Virus record (IMG/VR): IMGVR_UViG_3300023210_000024
Length of the DNA: 64,000 bases
Strand: one strand, 5' to 3'
From: an uncultured virus (IMG/VR IMGVR_UViG_3300023210_000024)
Lineage: Duplodnaviria > Heunggongvirae > Uroviricota > Caudoviricetes
Position numbers and translations under genes: made by a program. Below the pieces are notes generated by a model. The model was not told where the DNA came from. It did not search any database and was given only the letters and a program-made list of their open reading frames with translations. This document shows positions 46,357 through 57,300 of the stretch, piece after piece (positions within the stretch are counted from its first letter, which is position 1; each line of letters begins with the position of its first letter).

Positions 46357-47223
46357 TTAAAACGGCTCTTCATCATTCTTTTCAGAAGAATTATTTACTG
46401 GCACATCTTCCTTTTTTTCTTGTTGTTTGAAAGAAGATTCACCTTCACTATCATCACCTTTAGCGATAAACTTATTTAAACTTTTATCCCAAGCTGGTGT
46501 TTCTCCATCAGCAATTAACTGTATATACTCTAATGGTTGAGCTTTGTAGATATCTTTCCATGAAGTTTCATCACTAACCCATTCTTTAGCTTTTGTAGAT
46601 TTTGGGTCTGTTAAAACACCTGGGTCTTCTGACAAAATAGATGTAACTTTAGTATACCCCTTATTGTCTCTACCCATAATTATATTAATATCTCTACCTT
46701 CTCTTGGGTCTGTGATATCACCTTTTTTAGTGAATAATGGTATAATTTTATCTAGAATACCTTCACCTTTATAGTTATGTGGGAATCTCCAAAATTTAAT
46801 ACCATCCTCTTCTTTTGAACGGTCAATAATTCTAGCTAAATAAAATTTCTTAGCTGAATACTGTGTTGCTAAATCTTTGTCAGCTTTATTCCCAGTTTCT
46901 TTCCATGACTTAAATAAGTCATTCGAAACCTCACAAAGTGGGCAATGTTCCCCATCGTTATGTTTTCTACAGTAAAGTTTTCTCCACTTACCACCAACTT
47001 TAACTGAATGCCAATGGCCTTCATCAAATGGTGTGTCTTCTTTTTTGTTAACGGGATGGACATCCTGTTTTGGTGGCATAACCCTAATAGTTGATTCACC
47101 ATTATTAATACCTTCTTCAAGTCTTACAGCAAAGTATTTACTGAAATCTTGTTCGTATGAAGTTCCACTGCTCCCAGATTTACTACCTTCATACTGTTTT
47201 GCAATTGCATCGAGTACACTCAT
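46357..47223 (-). CDS. gp32-like single-stranded DNA-binding protein
   Basis: IRVMP; H...C...CPLC zinc site; DITDPREGRD; acidic tail ending DEEPF. Confidence 0.85.
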   Translation of the reverse strand: MSVLDAIAKQYEGSKSGSSGTSYEQDFSKYFAVRLEEGINNGESTIRVMPPKQDVHPVNKKEDTPFDEGHWHSVKVGGKWRKLYCRKHNDGEHCPLCEVSNDLFKSWKETGNKADKDLATQYSAKKFYLARIIDRSKEEDGIKFWRFPHNYKGEGILDKIIPLFTKKGDITDPREGRDINIIMGRDNKGYTKVTSILSEDPGVLTDPKSTKAKEWVSDETSWKDIYKAQPLEYIQLIADGETPAWDKSLNKFIAKGDDSEGESSFKQQEKKEDVPVNNSSEKNDEEPF

Positions 47224-47291
47224 AATTTTACTTTTTTTTTAATTATTAATTATTGTTATATAGTTTAAGTATAATGAAACATTTGTATATG

Positions 47292-47334
47292 TAAACAAAA
47301 AATGGGGCCAAAATCTTTTAATAATGGCCCCATT
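47292..47334 (-). terminator. Intrinsic terminator
   Basis: AATGGGGCCA / TGGCCCCATT 10-bp stem followed by a T-rich tract on the - strand. Confidence 0.75.
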
Positions 47335-47355
47335 CAACACTTTTGTGTTATTTTT

Positions 47356-48177
47356 TTAATTATTTTTTAAAGGGTTAAATGTGTTCTTAACCGTTTCCTC
47401 ACTATAATCAGCGTTTAATTCTTCTGGTGTTAAAACGTATTCTTTTGTATCGCCGTTAGACACTTCTTCACCAGTGGATACTCTATATCTTTCGTCTTTA
47501 GATTTTTCTTCCCAATAGTCAGATAACTTAGTATTAAAAGGATAACTATCTAATGACCGTAACTCTAACCTTTCTTGAGGTGTTTTAATATCTTGTTCTA
47601 TTTTAGTAATTTTTGAGGCTATGGAATCCATTTTGGTTAACTGTGATTCAAGGTTTGATAACTTGTCTGTTAATGATTGTAAATAACTAGTATTTTCTTG
47701 TCCAACTGAAACCGCTTGTTGTGCCATTTCTTTAGCTTCGTCAGATTTAGAAACAATAGCTGTAACATCTATTTCCTCAACATCTTCTTCTTCATCCGAT
47801 TCTAAATCATCTGACGCTGAAAACGCTCCAGCTGTACCAAACTCATCTTCTTCAGGTGATGGCTCTTCTCCACCTTCTTCATCTTCCGGAGAACCTTCGT
47901 CACCAAAATCAAAATCTCCACCTTCTTCAGCTCCTTCTTCTTCGGTAGGTGTTTCTCCACCTTCTTCTCCACCTTCCTCAGCCCCAAAGTCAAATTCTTC
48001 AGTACTTTCATCTTCTTCTTCACCTGGTTCAGCTTCAGTAATAACTTCTTCGTTATATTGCCACGGTTGTCGACTTCTTTTTTCACTAATTAAAGATTCA
48101 CCGTCAGGGTTATAATTAATAATTTTATTAAATTTCTTAAGTTCTTCGCTAATTAAATTTTGGCTATTTTTTTCCAT
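47356..48177 (-). CDS. Acidic head/scaffold-associated protein
   Basis: Repeated LISE/ITE sites like the (L/I)xE cleavage sites of T4-type prohead protease; Glu/Gly-rich linker; coiled coil. Confidence 0.55.
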   Translation of the reverse strand: MEKNSQNLISEELKKFNKIINYNPDGESLISEKRSRQPWQYNEEVITEAEPGEEEDESTEEFDFGAEEGGEEGGETPTEEEGAEEGGDFDFGDEGSPEDEEGGEEPSPEEDEFGTAGAFSASDDLESDEEEDVEEIDVTAIVSKSDEAKEMAQQAVSVGQENTSYLQSLTDKLSNLESQLTKMDSIASKITKIEQDIKTPQERLELRSLDSYPFNTKLSDYWEEKSKDERYRVSTGEEVSNGDTKEYVLTPEELNADYSEETVKNTFNPLKNN

Positions 48178-48371
48178 TACACTGTATATTCACTTAATAG
48201 TTGTCTACCATCGTTGGTGATGATTTTCTTATGTTCTCTTTGGACTAACTCGTCAGCGTTTTTTATTAAACACTCTTCACTCTCACAATTTTCTTTATCA
48301 TTTAAAAAATTGTTTAAGTTATCTTGGAGTTCTTTTTCTTTATTTTCTTTATTTTCTTTAGTATTTTCCAT
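48177..48371 (-). CDS. Small hypothetical protein
   Basis: 64 aa ending DGRQLLSE; follows the late motif. Confidence 0.65.
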   Translation of the reverse strand: MENTKENKENKEKELQDNLNNFLNDKENCESEECLIKNADELVQREHKKIITNDGRQLLSEYTV

Positions 48372-48376
48372 AACTA

Positions 48377-48393
48377 GTTTTTATTATAAATAT
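48377..48393 (-). promoter_or_regulatory. Putative late-promoter motif ATATTTATAATAAAAAC
   Basis: Identical to 2787-2803; core lies 13 nt upstream of the ATG. Confidence 0.6.
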
Positions 48394-48397
48394 GCCA

Positions 48398-48802
48398 CTA
48401 TCCTATAATCTTCTTTTTTAGTTGTAAAATTTCTAAATTATTGTTTTTTAAAGATATCATAGTGTTTTCATACTTTTCCCACTCTATTTGGTAGTTACTG
48501 TAATCAATATTGCCAGACACCAAATCGAAGTCTCTCTCTATTAATCTATTTAGTGAATTAATTGTAAAAAACGTGTTACCTTTCTTATGTATTTGTATTG
48601 TCTTTGTGAGTTCTTTTTTAAGATTTATTTTTTCGTCAACATTTAAAAATATTTTATAGGTTAATATTAAGTCGCTATTTTCTGTTTCAAATATAAAAAC
48701 AGATTTTTTATTTATATCGAAGTCATTTTTTAATTTATCTAAAAAAACATTTAAATTTTCTAACTTAATAAATGTTGCGACTAATATTGTTTTTTTCTGC
48801 AT
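48398..48802 (-). CDS. Hypothetical protein
   Basis: 134 aa; IHKKGNTFFTINSLN. Confidence 0.7.
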   Translation of the reverse strand: MQKKTILVATFIKLENLNVFLDKLKNDFDINKKSVFIFETENSDLILTYKIFLNVDEKINLKKELTKTIQIHKKGNTFFTINSLNRLIERDFDLVSGNIDYSNYQIEWEKYENTMISLKNNNLEILQLKKKIIG

Positions 48803-49331
48803 TTAGATAGGGGATATACTTCGTATCGAGATTTTTTGGTAGATTCGGTATCTCTTTATTCTCTTTTAATTTTATTAAAGATTTAATCTTGTTTATTATG
48901 TTCCATGACATAAAATTTAATAAACCGATATCTATGTGATGTATGGTATCATCACAATAAACATATAATTTATCTGAATATAAATATCCCTCACATCCCC
49001 TAATGCTCTTTGTTATATATTTTAAGTAGTCTTCTTCTGATTTAAAACCCAATGGGTTTAAATTTTTAATTTCTATGTTTGAAATTATATCATTTAAATA
49101 ATCATCTAAAAATTCGTTTAAATGTTGTTTAAATAACTTTCTTTTCTCTCTTGGGGAGAATGTCCAATATGTATTTTTATTAAGTTTATGTTCTAATATT
49201 TTTGCTCCATTTTCTTTAGCTAAGTCCCAACCAACGATAATTTCTATTAGACCTTCATCGAAAGACATAGTGGGTGTCATGTATGGTTTTACCATATCAA
49301 CATCGTTAGTTGTAATTTTAATTAGTTTCAT
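48765..49331 (-). CDS. Hypothetical protein
   Basis: 188 aa; IIVGW...WTFSPRE. Confidence 0.7.
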   Translation of the reverse strand: MKLIKITTNDVDMVKPYMTPTMSFDEGLIEIIVGWDLAKENGAKILEHKLNKNTYWTFSPREKRKLFKQHLNEFLDDYLNDIISNIEIKNLNPLGFKSEEDYLKYITKSIRGCEGYLYSDKLYVYCDDTIHHIDIGLLNFMSWNIINKIKSLIKLKENKEIPNLPKNLDTKYIPYLNAEKNNISRNIY

Positions 49332-49370
49332 TTAATAACGTTAAGTAAAAAATTAAAAACAATAAAGTGG

Positions 49371-51299
49371 TTAGGCCGTGTATGTTGGTATTTGGTCGGT
49401 GTCGGTTTTGTTTTTAGCTATATCAGCAGCCGCTAAACCTTCCTCTCCAGCACCCCATGACAAGTGAAAATGGGCTCCAGTACCGTTTGTTGTCCCCTCT
49501 CTATATTCGTCAAGGTATCTAACATTAGGGTACTCACCACCAACAAAACCTTGTATTATGGTTATTACTCTATCTAAATCTACGGATGATGTTTTAGAAA
49601 CTGTAAAATCTATACCATTTCCTTTTTTATGTCTAGAATTGTTATTATACGATTGATGGTAACTGTCATTGCCACCCGTAACTTTTATTTTTATATCTGT
49701 TAGTTCATATATTTTACTAAAAAGAGCGGAAGCAACTCTTGCTATGTTTTCAGAAATGTCACCACCATTTGACATTTCACCATCTGTATATGTTTGATTC
49801 AAAAGAAGTTTCCATTCCCCAGTATTTGGGTTAACTGTTGGCACTATGAAGTTTGGTCCAGTACCACTACTTTTAGGCCTTGTTTGTGCCGCTATTTGAG
49901 CTACGGTGTATGCTGTAGTGTATACTTTCTCCCTAATCTTTAGATTAGCCATAACACGCCTTAGTTTGCTAGCGTTTGGTGTGGAATTTACTGGTGGTGT
50001 CTCACCGCCATTAAATTTGGTCCCATATAATTCAAACCATTTTTGGATTGCCTTTTTATGGTCTAAACCAGGTACTTTTGTTACAAAACCTTTCCCATCT
50101 TTTATTTTATTTTCCAATATAGGATACCTAACACCCCAAGAACTATAACTTACCATATCATCTGAACCCCAAACCATGACCGCGTTGCTACTATAAGTCC
50201 TATCTTCTGTATTTATCGGTGATGAAAGTGATGGGTCAATTAACCCACAGATTTTATAACTATCAATTTTGCCACCCCCAGCATTAAATGGCGACTTCTC
50301 ATAGTTATTGAATATGACCCTTCCACCGGCTGAGTACCCCATTATGTTTTTATCTTTCATTTTTTTATAATCCCCCCCACTTCTAACAAAAAAAGATTTA
50401 AATGGTATCACTAGACCATCAACCGAGTAATTATAGTTTCCATTCACATATGGCGCAAAGTTCCCCATTATAATATAATTTTTTTCTTTAACCCCTATCG
50501 GTATTTGGTCCCACTGTTTTTTTCTTGACAATAGGGTCTCATATCCACACCAAAAAAATATTACACTACTAACTTCACTATCACTTGGCGTATTTACGTA
50601 AAATTTATCCGAATCTGTGGTAGTGCTTATTGTTGTTGTTGTGCCAAACTTCGGAATGAAGAACCCACCTGCGTTAATATATATGGTTTTACTATTTGAC
50701 GTATTTAAATTACTGGCTGTTCCGTTATTAGGTGTAGTATATTTTCCGTAAGCTCCTTTATACAATACCCAACCCATTTCAATTGTTTTATGGAAGTTTC
50801 CGTTCAAAACCTTAGTAAGTGTCACCCATTTTTTTTCTAACTTTTTAATTACAGCCCAAAACTTTATAATTGAATTTAAAGCGTTTTTTAGGTCAGCTTC
50901 TGTAACACCTGCCTGCCTAACATCCTCAACGGCTACCGTATTTTGGTTTTTCGTGGACATAGGGGCGTTAAACCCCAACCCAAGCTTTTTTGTTTTTAGT
51001 GCCCAACTATCCCCTACGTATTGATACCTTCCCGCTTCCGTTGTTTCATTAAGCCACGATACACTTTCCCATGTCGTATCTTGGCACACAACAAACCCCT
51101 CGTCTATTATTGTTTTCTCTGAAAGTCCTGGGGTTGGTCTTATGCATCTATGTCTTATTCTTGTTGTGTCTTCTGTCCACCCATTTATAGTTTTTTTACC
51201 ACCAAAAAGAGTATTAAAACCATTTTGTGATTTACCCAATGTCCCCTCATAGTAAGCTATTGTGTCTAAAATTGTTTTTTCTAAGTTTGATAATGCCAT
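49371..51299 (-). CDS. Multidomain lysin: lambda-R-type lytic transglycosylase + alpha/beta-hydrolase + M15-type Zn peptidase
   Basis: LDTIAYYEGT...AGRYQ; GYSAGG...D...H; H-x6-D (RHKKGNGID) plus HFH. Start reassigned to ATG at 51299. Confidence 0.75.
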   Translation of the reverse strand: MALSNLEKTILDTIAYYEGTLGKSQNGFNTLFGGKKTINGWTEDTTRIRHRCIRPTPGLSEKTIIDEGFVVCQDTTWESVSWLNETTEAGRYQYVGDSWALKTKKLGLGFNAPMSTKNQNTVAVEDVRQAGVTEADLKNALNSIIKFWAVIKKLEKKWVTLTKVLNGNFHKTIEMGWVLYKGAYGKYTTPNNGTASNLNTSNSKTIYINAGGFFIPKFGTTTTISTTTDSDKFYVNTPSDSEVSSVIFFWCGYETLLSRKKQWDQIPIGVKEKNYIIMGNFAPYVNGNYNYSVDGLVIPFKSFFVRSGGDYKKMKDKNIMGYSAGGRVIFNNYEKSPFNAGGGKIDSYKICGLIDPSLSSPINTEDRTYSSNAVMVWGSDDMVSYSSWGVRYPILENKIKDGKGFVTKVPGLDHKKAIQKWFELYGTKFNGGETPPVNSTPNASKLRRVMANLKIREKVYTTAYTVAQIAAQTRPKSSGTGPNFIVPTVNPNTGEWKLLLNQTYTDGEMSNGGDISENIARVASALFSKIYELTDIKIKVTGGNDSYHQSYNNNSRHKKGNGIDFTVSKTSSVDLDRVITIIQGFVGGEYPNVRYLDEYREGTTNGTGAHFHLSWGAGEEGLAAADIAKNKTDTDQIPTYTA

Positions 51300-51303
51300 A
51301 ATA

Positions 51304-54300
51304 TTAAGTAATTTGACCTGCCCCACCTAAAGCTTCTTGTGGTGTGTTTCCTGGGTCGTTTATTTGTGTTTCCGTACCTGGACCAACTGAGTTGGGTTCC
51401 GTTGGTTGTTGACCCCTTGTAACTTCTTGTTCAAGTGCATTATCAACAAAAGCTAAATCAATATTAGAGCTGTTAACATTGCTTGGGTCTCTACCGGCGA
51501 CCCAATCAACACCACCTGGAGCTGTCCCAGAATATTTCAATTTTAAGTGAATATTCCTTGTCGCTAGTTCCGCTAATAACGTATCCCAAGGAAACTCTGA
51601 ACCAACATCTGACTTACTACTGGAAAACCAATGATGTGATGTTACATATTTGATATTTGGGTATTCTTCTACAGCTAAAACAATTGCTTCTATTATTGCT
51701 TTCCATTGTTTTTTCGCTTTAAATGTGTCTCTACCATTTAAATTTAAATCTTCAGTGTTCCAATCGTTCGCTGTTCTAACATAAACATGCCCCTCCTTGT
51801 TATCTTCAACACCACCAGCATAAGAAATACCTATTGAGTACGAATTTATTGGCCGACCATGATAAGCTATCTTCTTGGTGTCAGAAAGTTTCCATAAACC
51901 ACCGTCTTTATTTATCTCATAATGATAATGTAACCCTCTTCTTTGTAATGTTCTTGAATCTTCTACCTTTTGGTACCCTCCTGACCAATGTAAGGCAACA
52001 TACTCTACGTTACTTGGGGTTATGTTAGACGTTGGTTGGTTGTATGCTACCCACCACCTATCTTTAAGTGAACCGTCATCATTATGAGATTCTTCCCATT
52101 TACCATCAACCTTTACAGTACAATTGTCACATAGTTTGAATTTATGGTTATAATAATTTGATTTGTCTGTTTCCCCAATATCATATATTTCAACACCTGA
52201 ATCTGTTATGGATGTTGCTGACGTTGGTAAGTTTATCTCAATTGTGGTTCCATTATTAGTCTGTAACACATCAACACCATATAGTGGGTCCAGAGTTTTC
52301 ATAGATAAGCTCATCGCTGTAGCTATATCTTCTACTATTGGCACAGTCGCTAATGGTTGTCTAACCCCCTTAAACGTTGTACCAATATGGTGTGGTTTAA
52401 CGTTATGTTTTACCTCTGTAATTAGATAAGTCCCATAAAACATAGGTATATTTGTTAATTCAAAATATTGTAGTGGTTGAATCATCATATTACCCATGGA
52501 TTGCACCGTACATGAATAGGACCTTGTTAAATATAAATTATGTAAATTTTGTCCTTTATTTGTTTTATCACCTGGATTACCCCCATTCGCCAATCTATCA
52601 ATCACCAACAATGATTCATTTGTTTCAGAAAATTCAGATTGGTCTAACTCGACTGATTTAAACATGTTTTGATTTTCAATACCGTACGCAACCCTAAAAG
52701 CCGTAACACCATTACCCTCTATTCTACCTTTTGCTCCTTGGTACCCAACTTCATCTTCAAACTCCTTCTTTGTTTGCCCAATTAAAGGTTCCAATGGGTC
52801 TTGCCATTCGTTTGGTTTTGGGAAGGAATTTTCAGCGTCATTACTCATCGAAAACCCATCATCATTATATGACATATCTTCATTGTCGGTGGGGCAATTA
52901 CTACCTTTTGATTTTAAGGATACAGTTCTTGATGTCCCACCGACATACATACAAATAAAGTTTGGGCCACTACCCTTAGTTATTGAGTTAGTGTCAGACC
53001 TAAACATTGATTTTAAATTTGCGTCAGATTTATCATTGGCGAAGTTAGTATATGTCGGTAATGGGAAAAAATCAAAGTTATTTTCACCTAATAAATCAGA
53101 TATTACGTTATAAAAACTCATTTTTGGGTTCTTTGGTATCTTTTTTAATCTCATAACATCTAATACCGCTTTATTACCAATTTCTTGCATAACCCTATTA
53201 ACATAACTAAAATGACCCGCTAATGGTACATGGTCTGAACCCATTGAGTCATCTACGACATTAGTATCTGTTATATTAAAAAAGTAGCTAGGAGTTCCTG
53301 CTTTAACTTTTGTACTACTAGAAATCCATTTATCAACGATTGATTTGAATGACCTATATAAAGACAATTTTATGTCGTCATCATTTAATACTGAACCGTC
53401 ATCCCTATTTTCTGGTCCTACTGTTAACTCCTCCCTCTTATCTTGGAAGTGGTCCTTCCATTCCTTTTGGAAACTATTTAAATATAGTTCAGCTAATTTT
53501 TTATTCGCGTAAAAAGCGTTCTTACTTACACCTTCACCATTTAATTCAGATTTATCACCATTCCAAACATCTAAATTAAATATTCTGGGTGTCGGTATTA
53601 TGGCGTAATAAAATTCTTTAACTAGGGTGTTCTGTAATTCTTGGAAATCATCACCATTCTGTGCGTCAGTAGATAATGTTGTTACCCCAAAAAAGTCTTC
53701 GGAACCACCTTCTTCTGGGTCTGTAAATTGTTTCACAGCCGTTATCCCCATTAAATCCTCTAATATGTCGGAATTAAAGAATTGGTCGTATCTATAAGAC
53801 TCCCCCAACAGTCCAGTCTGAACATCTTCGTTTCTGTCCCCAGTTCTATTATTACCGTCTAGTTTAAAGTTAACTGGGTCCACAACACCTAAATATTTTC
53901 CCCTCCAATCATTGTCACACCAAGTTTCAAATTCTGTAACAAATTTTTCTTTGATGATTGTTGGCAACAATGCCATCACTTCAGCGTATTTACCGCCCTC
54001 ATAGCATAATAAAGCTGACTCACCCATATTTGGGGGCTTTGCTTTGATTACTAACTGTACGGTATAAGTTTCTACATCTGTAAGTGGAAGTGGTCTTTCA
54101 TCTGGGAAAATAAAGGCTGTTGGTAGGTCTACTATTAGTGGGAACTTTACCTTAGTAATATCTACGCCTGCGTAGTTATTATTACTTTCACCTAAATAAC
54201 CAAAATTACCAACATAATCCTTAAATATGGTGTCATACATTGGTAATGACATTGTTTGTTCCACAAATTTGTTACTACTATCATCTTCTGCGTGTTGCAA

Positions 54301-57300
54301 ACCTTTGGTTCCTGAGATAGCAATAGCTTCTGTGTAAAAATGTTGCCATGGAGCACACCACAATACAGGCCAAAAGCTATTTGATGCGGCCTCTTTAGCT
54401 GACCTCATTTGTAGTTCTAATGGGGGGTTACCGTCATCGGAAGTTTTTTGACCATTCTGCCAACCCAATTGAGTTAATGTGGCGTTAGGAGTATTATATA
54501 GATTTCCTCCATCACCGGTACCTCGGTCATCAGCAAAATTATCCCACATGGCGGTCCAAGGTCCTCTAGTTTTGGGGTAAGAGTAGGAGGTGTAATATGT
54601 ACCCCAACAGAATGGGCAGGTCAAAGTTGGCTTAGGTAGATAAACCCATTCAACCCCTGCGTGGATGCTGTTTGCGTTTGGTATCCACCCTTGTGGTCTA
54701 GACATATTTAATTTCTTGTCAGCGTTGTACACACCATAATAATCGAACATACACCCATAGGTGAAAGTGTCTCGCCATTCAATAGCAACTTCTGTTCCAG
54801 CTATTGTGGGGTCCATTGTACCATTGAACACAAGAGAGGTTGGCCCGTTTCCAGCATATGTGGCTCTATTTATCGCGTCTACCCTAGTTACACCTCTTGA
54901 GAAGCAACTTATTTGTGTGTGTTTATGTTGGTCTATATTAGAACCCCATAAATTTTTTTCTGTTTGAAATACTGTGTTCGCGAAAGACTCACCTTGATTT
55001 AGGGACCATGATGTGCTTACTACTGAACCGCCATTATTTGGGGTAACGTTGCCATCTTGTGTTCTACTCCTATTTTTTCTTCCAGTCCATTCATTATTAC
55101 CTAGTTTAAAACCGTTTATTGGTACTTCCTCGCGGGACTCACAAGCAACACCTGGATGACCAGGTTGAGCTAATGGGTCCATACCCGTTGGTTCTTCACC
55201 AAATGCTGGATGTCGCCAACGTATGTTTCCGTTACCGTCAGTATTTGTGCCCATATACATTTTCCATCTCCACATTACAGAACCCATGCCATAAACCCAT
55301 ATTTTTGGTATTTTAATTAGCCCTTGTGATGTTACAAATGGTCTTAAAGCTTTTGGGTAATGGTCACCTCTATAATTGTATGCCCCATCTCCTGCACTAT
55401 CGGATGTCAAGTAGAATGTTTTTTTTGTTGCTTCAGCCTGACCACAAGTTATAAAAGGTGTTGTTTTACATCCGGCTAAAAATAAATAAGCTAAATTCCT
55501 ACTTTCTATCTGTTTTGTTGTAAGACCGGCATCTGTAGGAGAGTGATTTAACTCACTAGTGCTTGTGGTAAGGGGTCTTTTGTACCCCCAATCAGCATTA
55601 CTTGTTCGGGCATCGTGAAGAGTTTGGTCACTTGTAGATAATAATGGCTCAAACCCATCAACGGTGGTCGCGTTCCTAAATCTATTTACGTTATCCAACC
55701 ACAATGGTATTTGTATTAGGTTGTTTATTTCTTGTACCCAACCCCAATTATATTCAGATGCGGTAGAAAACCCAGTACTAAGGTCACCCATTTTTGTGGG
55801 GTCCTTGGTGTTGTTTTCAAATGCAGGAAAACTATCACCACCACCATCATTTGAGTTCTTCATTCCCACCCCCGATAACATTCCTGTACCTGGTGGTTCC
55901 ATGGTAAGACTCATGGGGAAAACTGATTGGCCACCACCACCACTATTAGTCCAATTTGCGTAGTCTTCCAGTCCCCTTTTTGTTGTATTACCCTCATTCC
56001 CTAAAAACATATAAGTGCTCTGCATAAAGGGGTATAAGGACTGTTTAATGCTACCCCACCCTGGAGCTATCCTTGAGGTATTTGTTGGGTCGTCAGATGT
56101 TGGATAAAGTGGTATTCCAGAATATTTGAGGTCAAAACTTCGATATTCGTTATCGACTGACTCAGCACCTATCCCTAGTGTTGTAAATAATCTTAACGAA
56201 TCATTTATACTACCATCGAACATCACTAATTTTGTTTCATCATGTATGGTGTAACCCGCCTCCATTTCTTTTTGTGTTGAGGGGTTCTCATGCTTAGAAG
56301 ACGCTTTTATGGCATCACCTAATTCTGTTTGTAAGTTAAGTCTTCTATCCGTTATGTCTCCAGGTGGACTATAATTTAAATCAACGCGGTTTTCATTAAT
56401 TGTATTTTCAAAATCACCCCCTTCTACTAGTTTGAATAAGTATTTTGGTTGCATTTTTCTTATATCAGAATAGATTTTCATCGCGGTAGTACTATTCTCA
56501 TCCCCAAAACCACCTATAGTAGCTTTTCCAAGCAACCGTATATACCCTCCCTGTGGGTAGTAAGCCCAATAACCATCCTCCTTTTCGTAGTTATTTATAT
56601 AGCTTACATTATCTTCTAATATGTTTGCTGGTGATATGTTTTCAGATAAATCTGTATATTCTGCGTCAGTAGTAAACCAAGAATTTGTGCCGTCTGTTGG
56701 TTTGTCCCTATCTTCTACAGCCCCTTTTAATGCCTGCTCGATTTTCTTTGATAAAAACCCTTCACCGCCACTAAACAACCTTAGATTTAAATTTGATAGG
56801 GTATCTGCATCTGTTATACAACTCATTAAGTTGTGTGCGTCTATTCGTGCTAATGTTATTACTGGGTTATTAGTCTCTTCATTGTTTACATTATACAATG
56901 TGTTACCCCAAAGTCGTTGTTTCTGAAACTGTGGTATTTCCTGCAGGTTACCCTCCTCTGTGTCTGCTATTCTACCGGGATAATTAAATCCAAGACCCAA
57001 ATTAAATTGGTTATACCTTATTGGGTCGAAATAAGAAAAGTCCAATGTTACAAACATTCTTTCAGCTATAACTTCAGCAATACCATTATCAAGAGCTGTT
57101 GAGTCCTGTAGGCTTTTAATTTTCTCTCTATATTTTAACTGTACTTTACTGTAATATTTACTTTCCAATGGGTTTATTGGCATATAATTATCCCAACCTG
57201 GTCTACCCTCCTTATCTTCCAATAAATCTTCATCATTTTCATTAAGCCTATTACACGCGTCAAGAAAATCTTCAATAAATCTAACCTCTGGCCAATCCTT

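Noticed and set aside
47800..48020. ttc/tcc-rich repetitive DNA
   Set aside because: Explained by the Glu/Gly low-complexity linker of the 273-aa protein.
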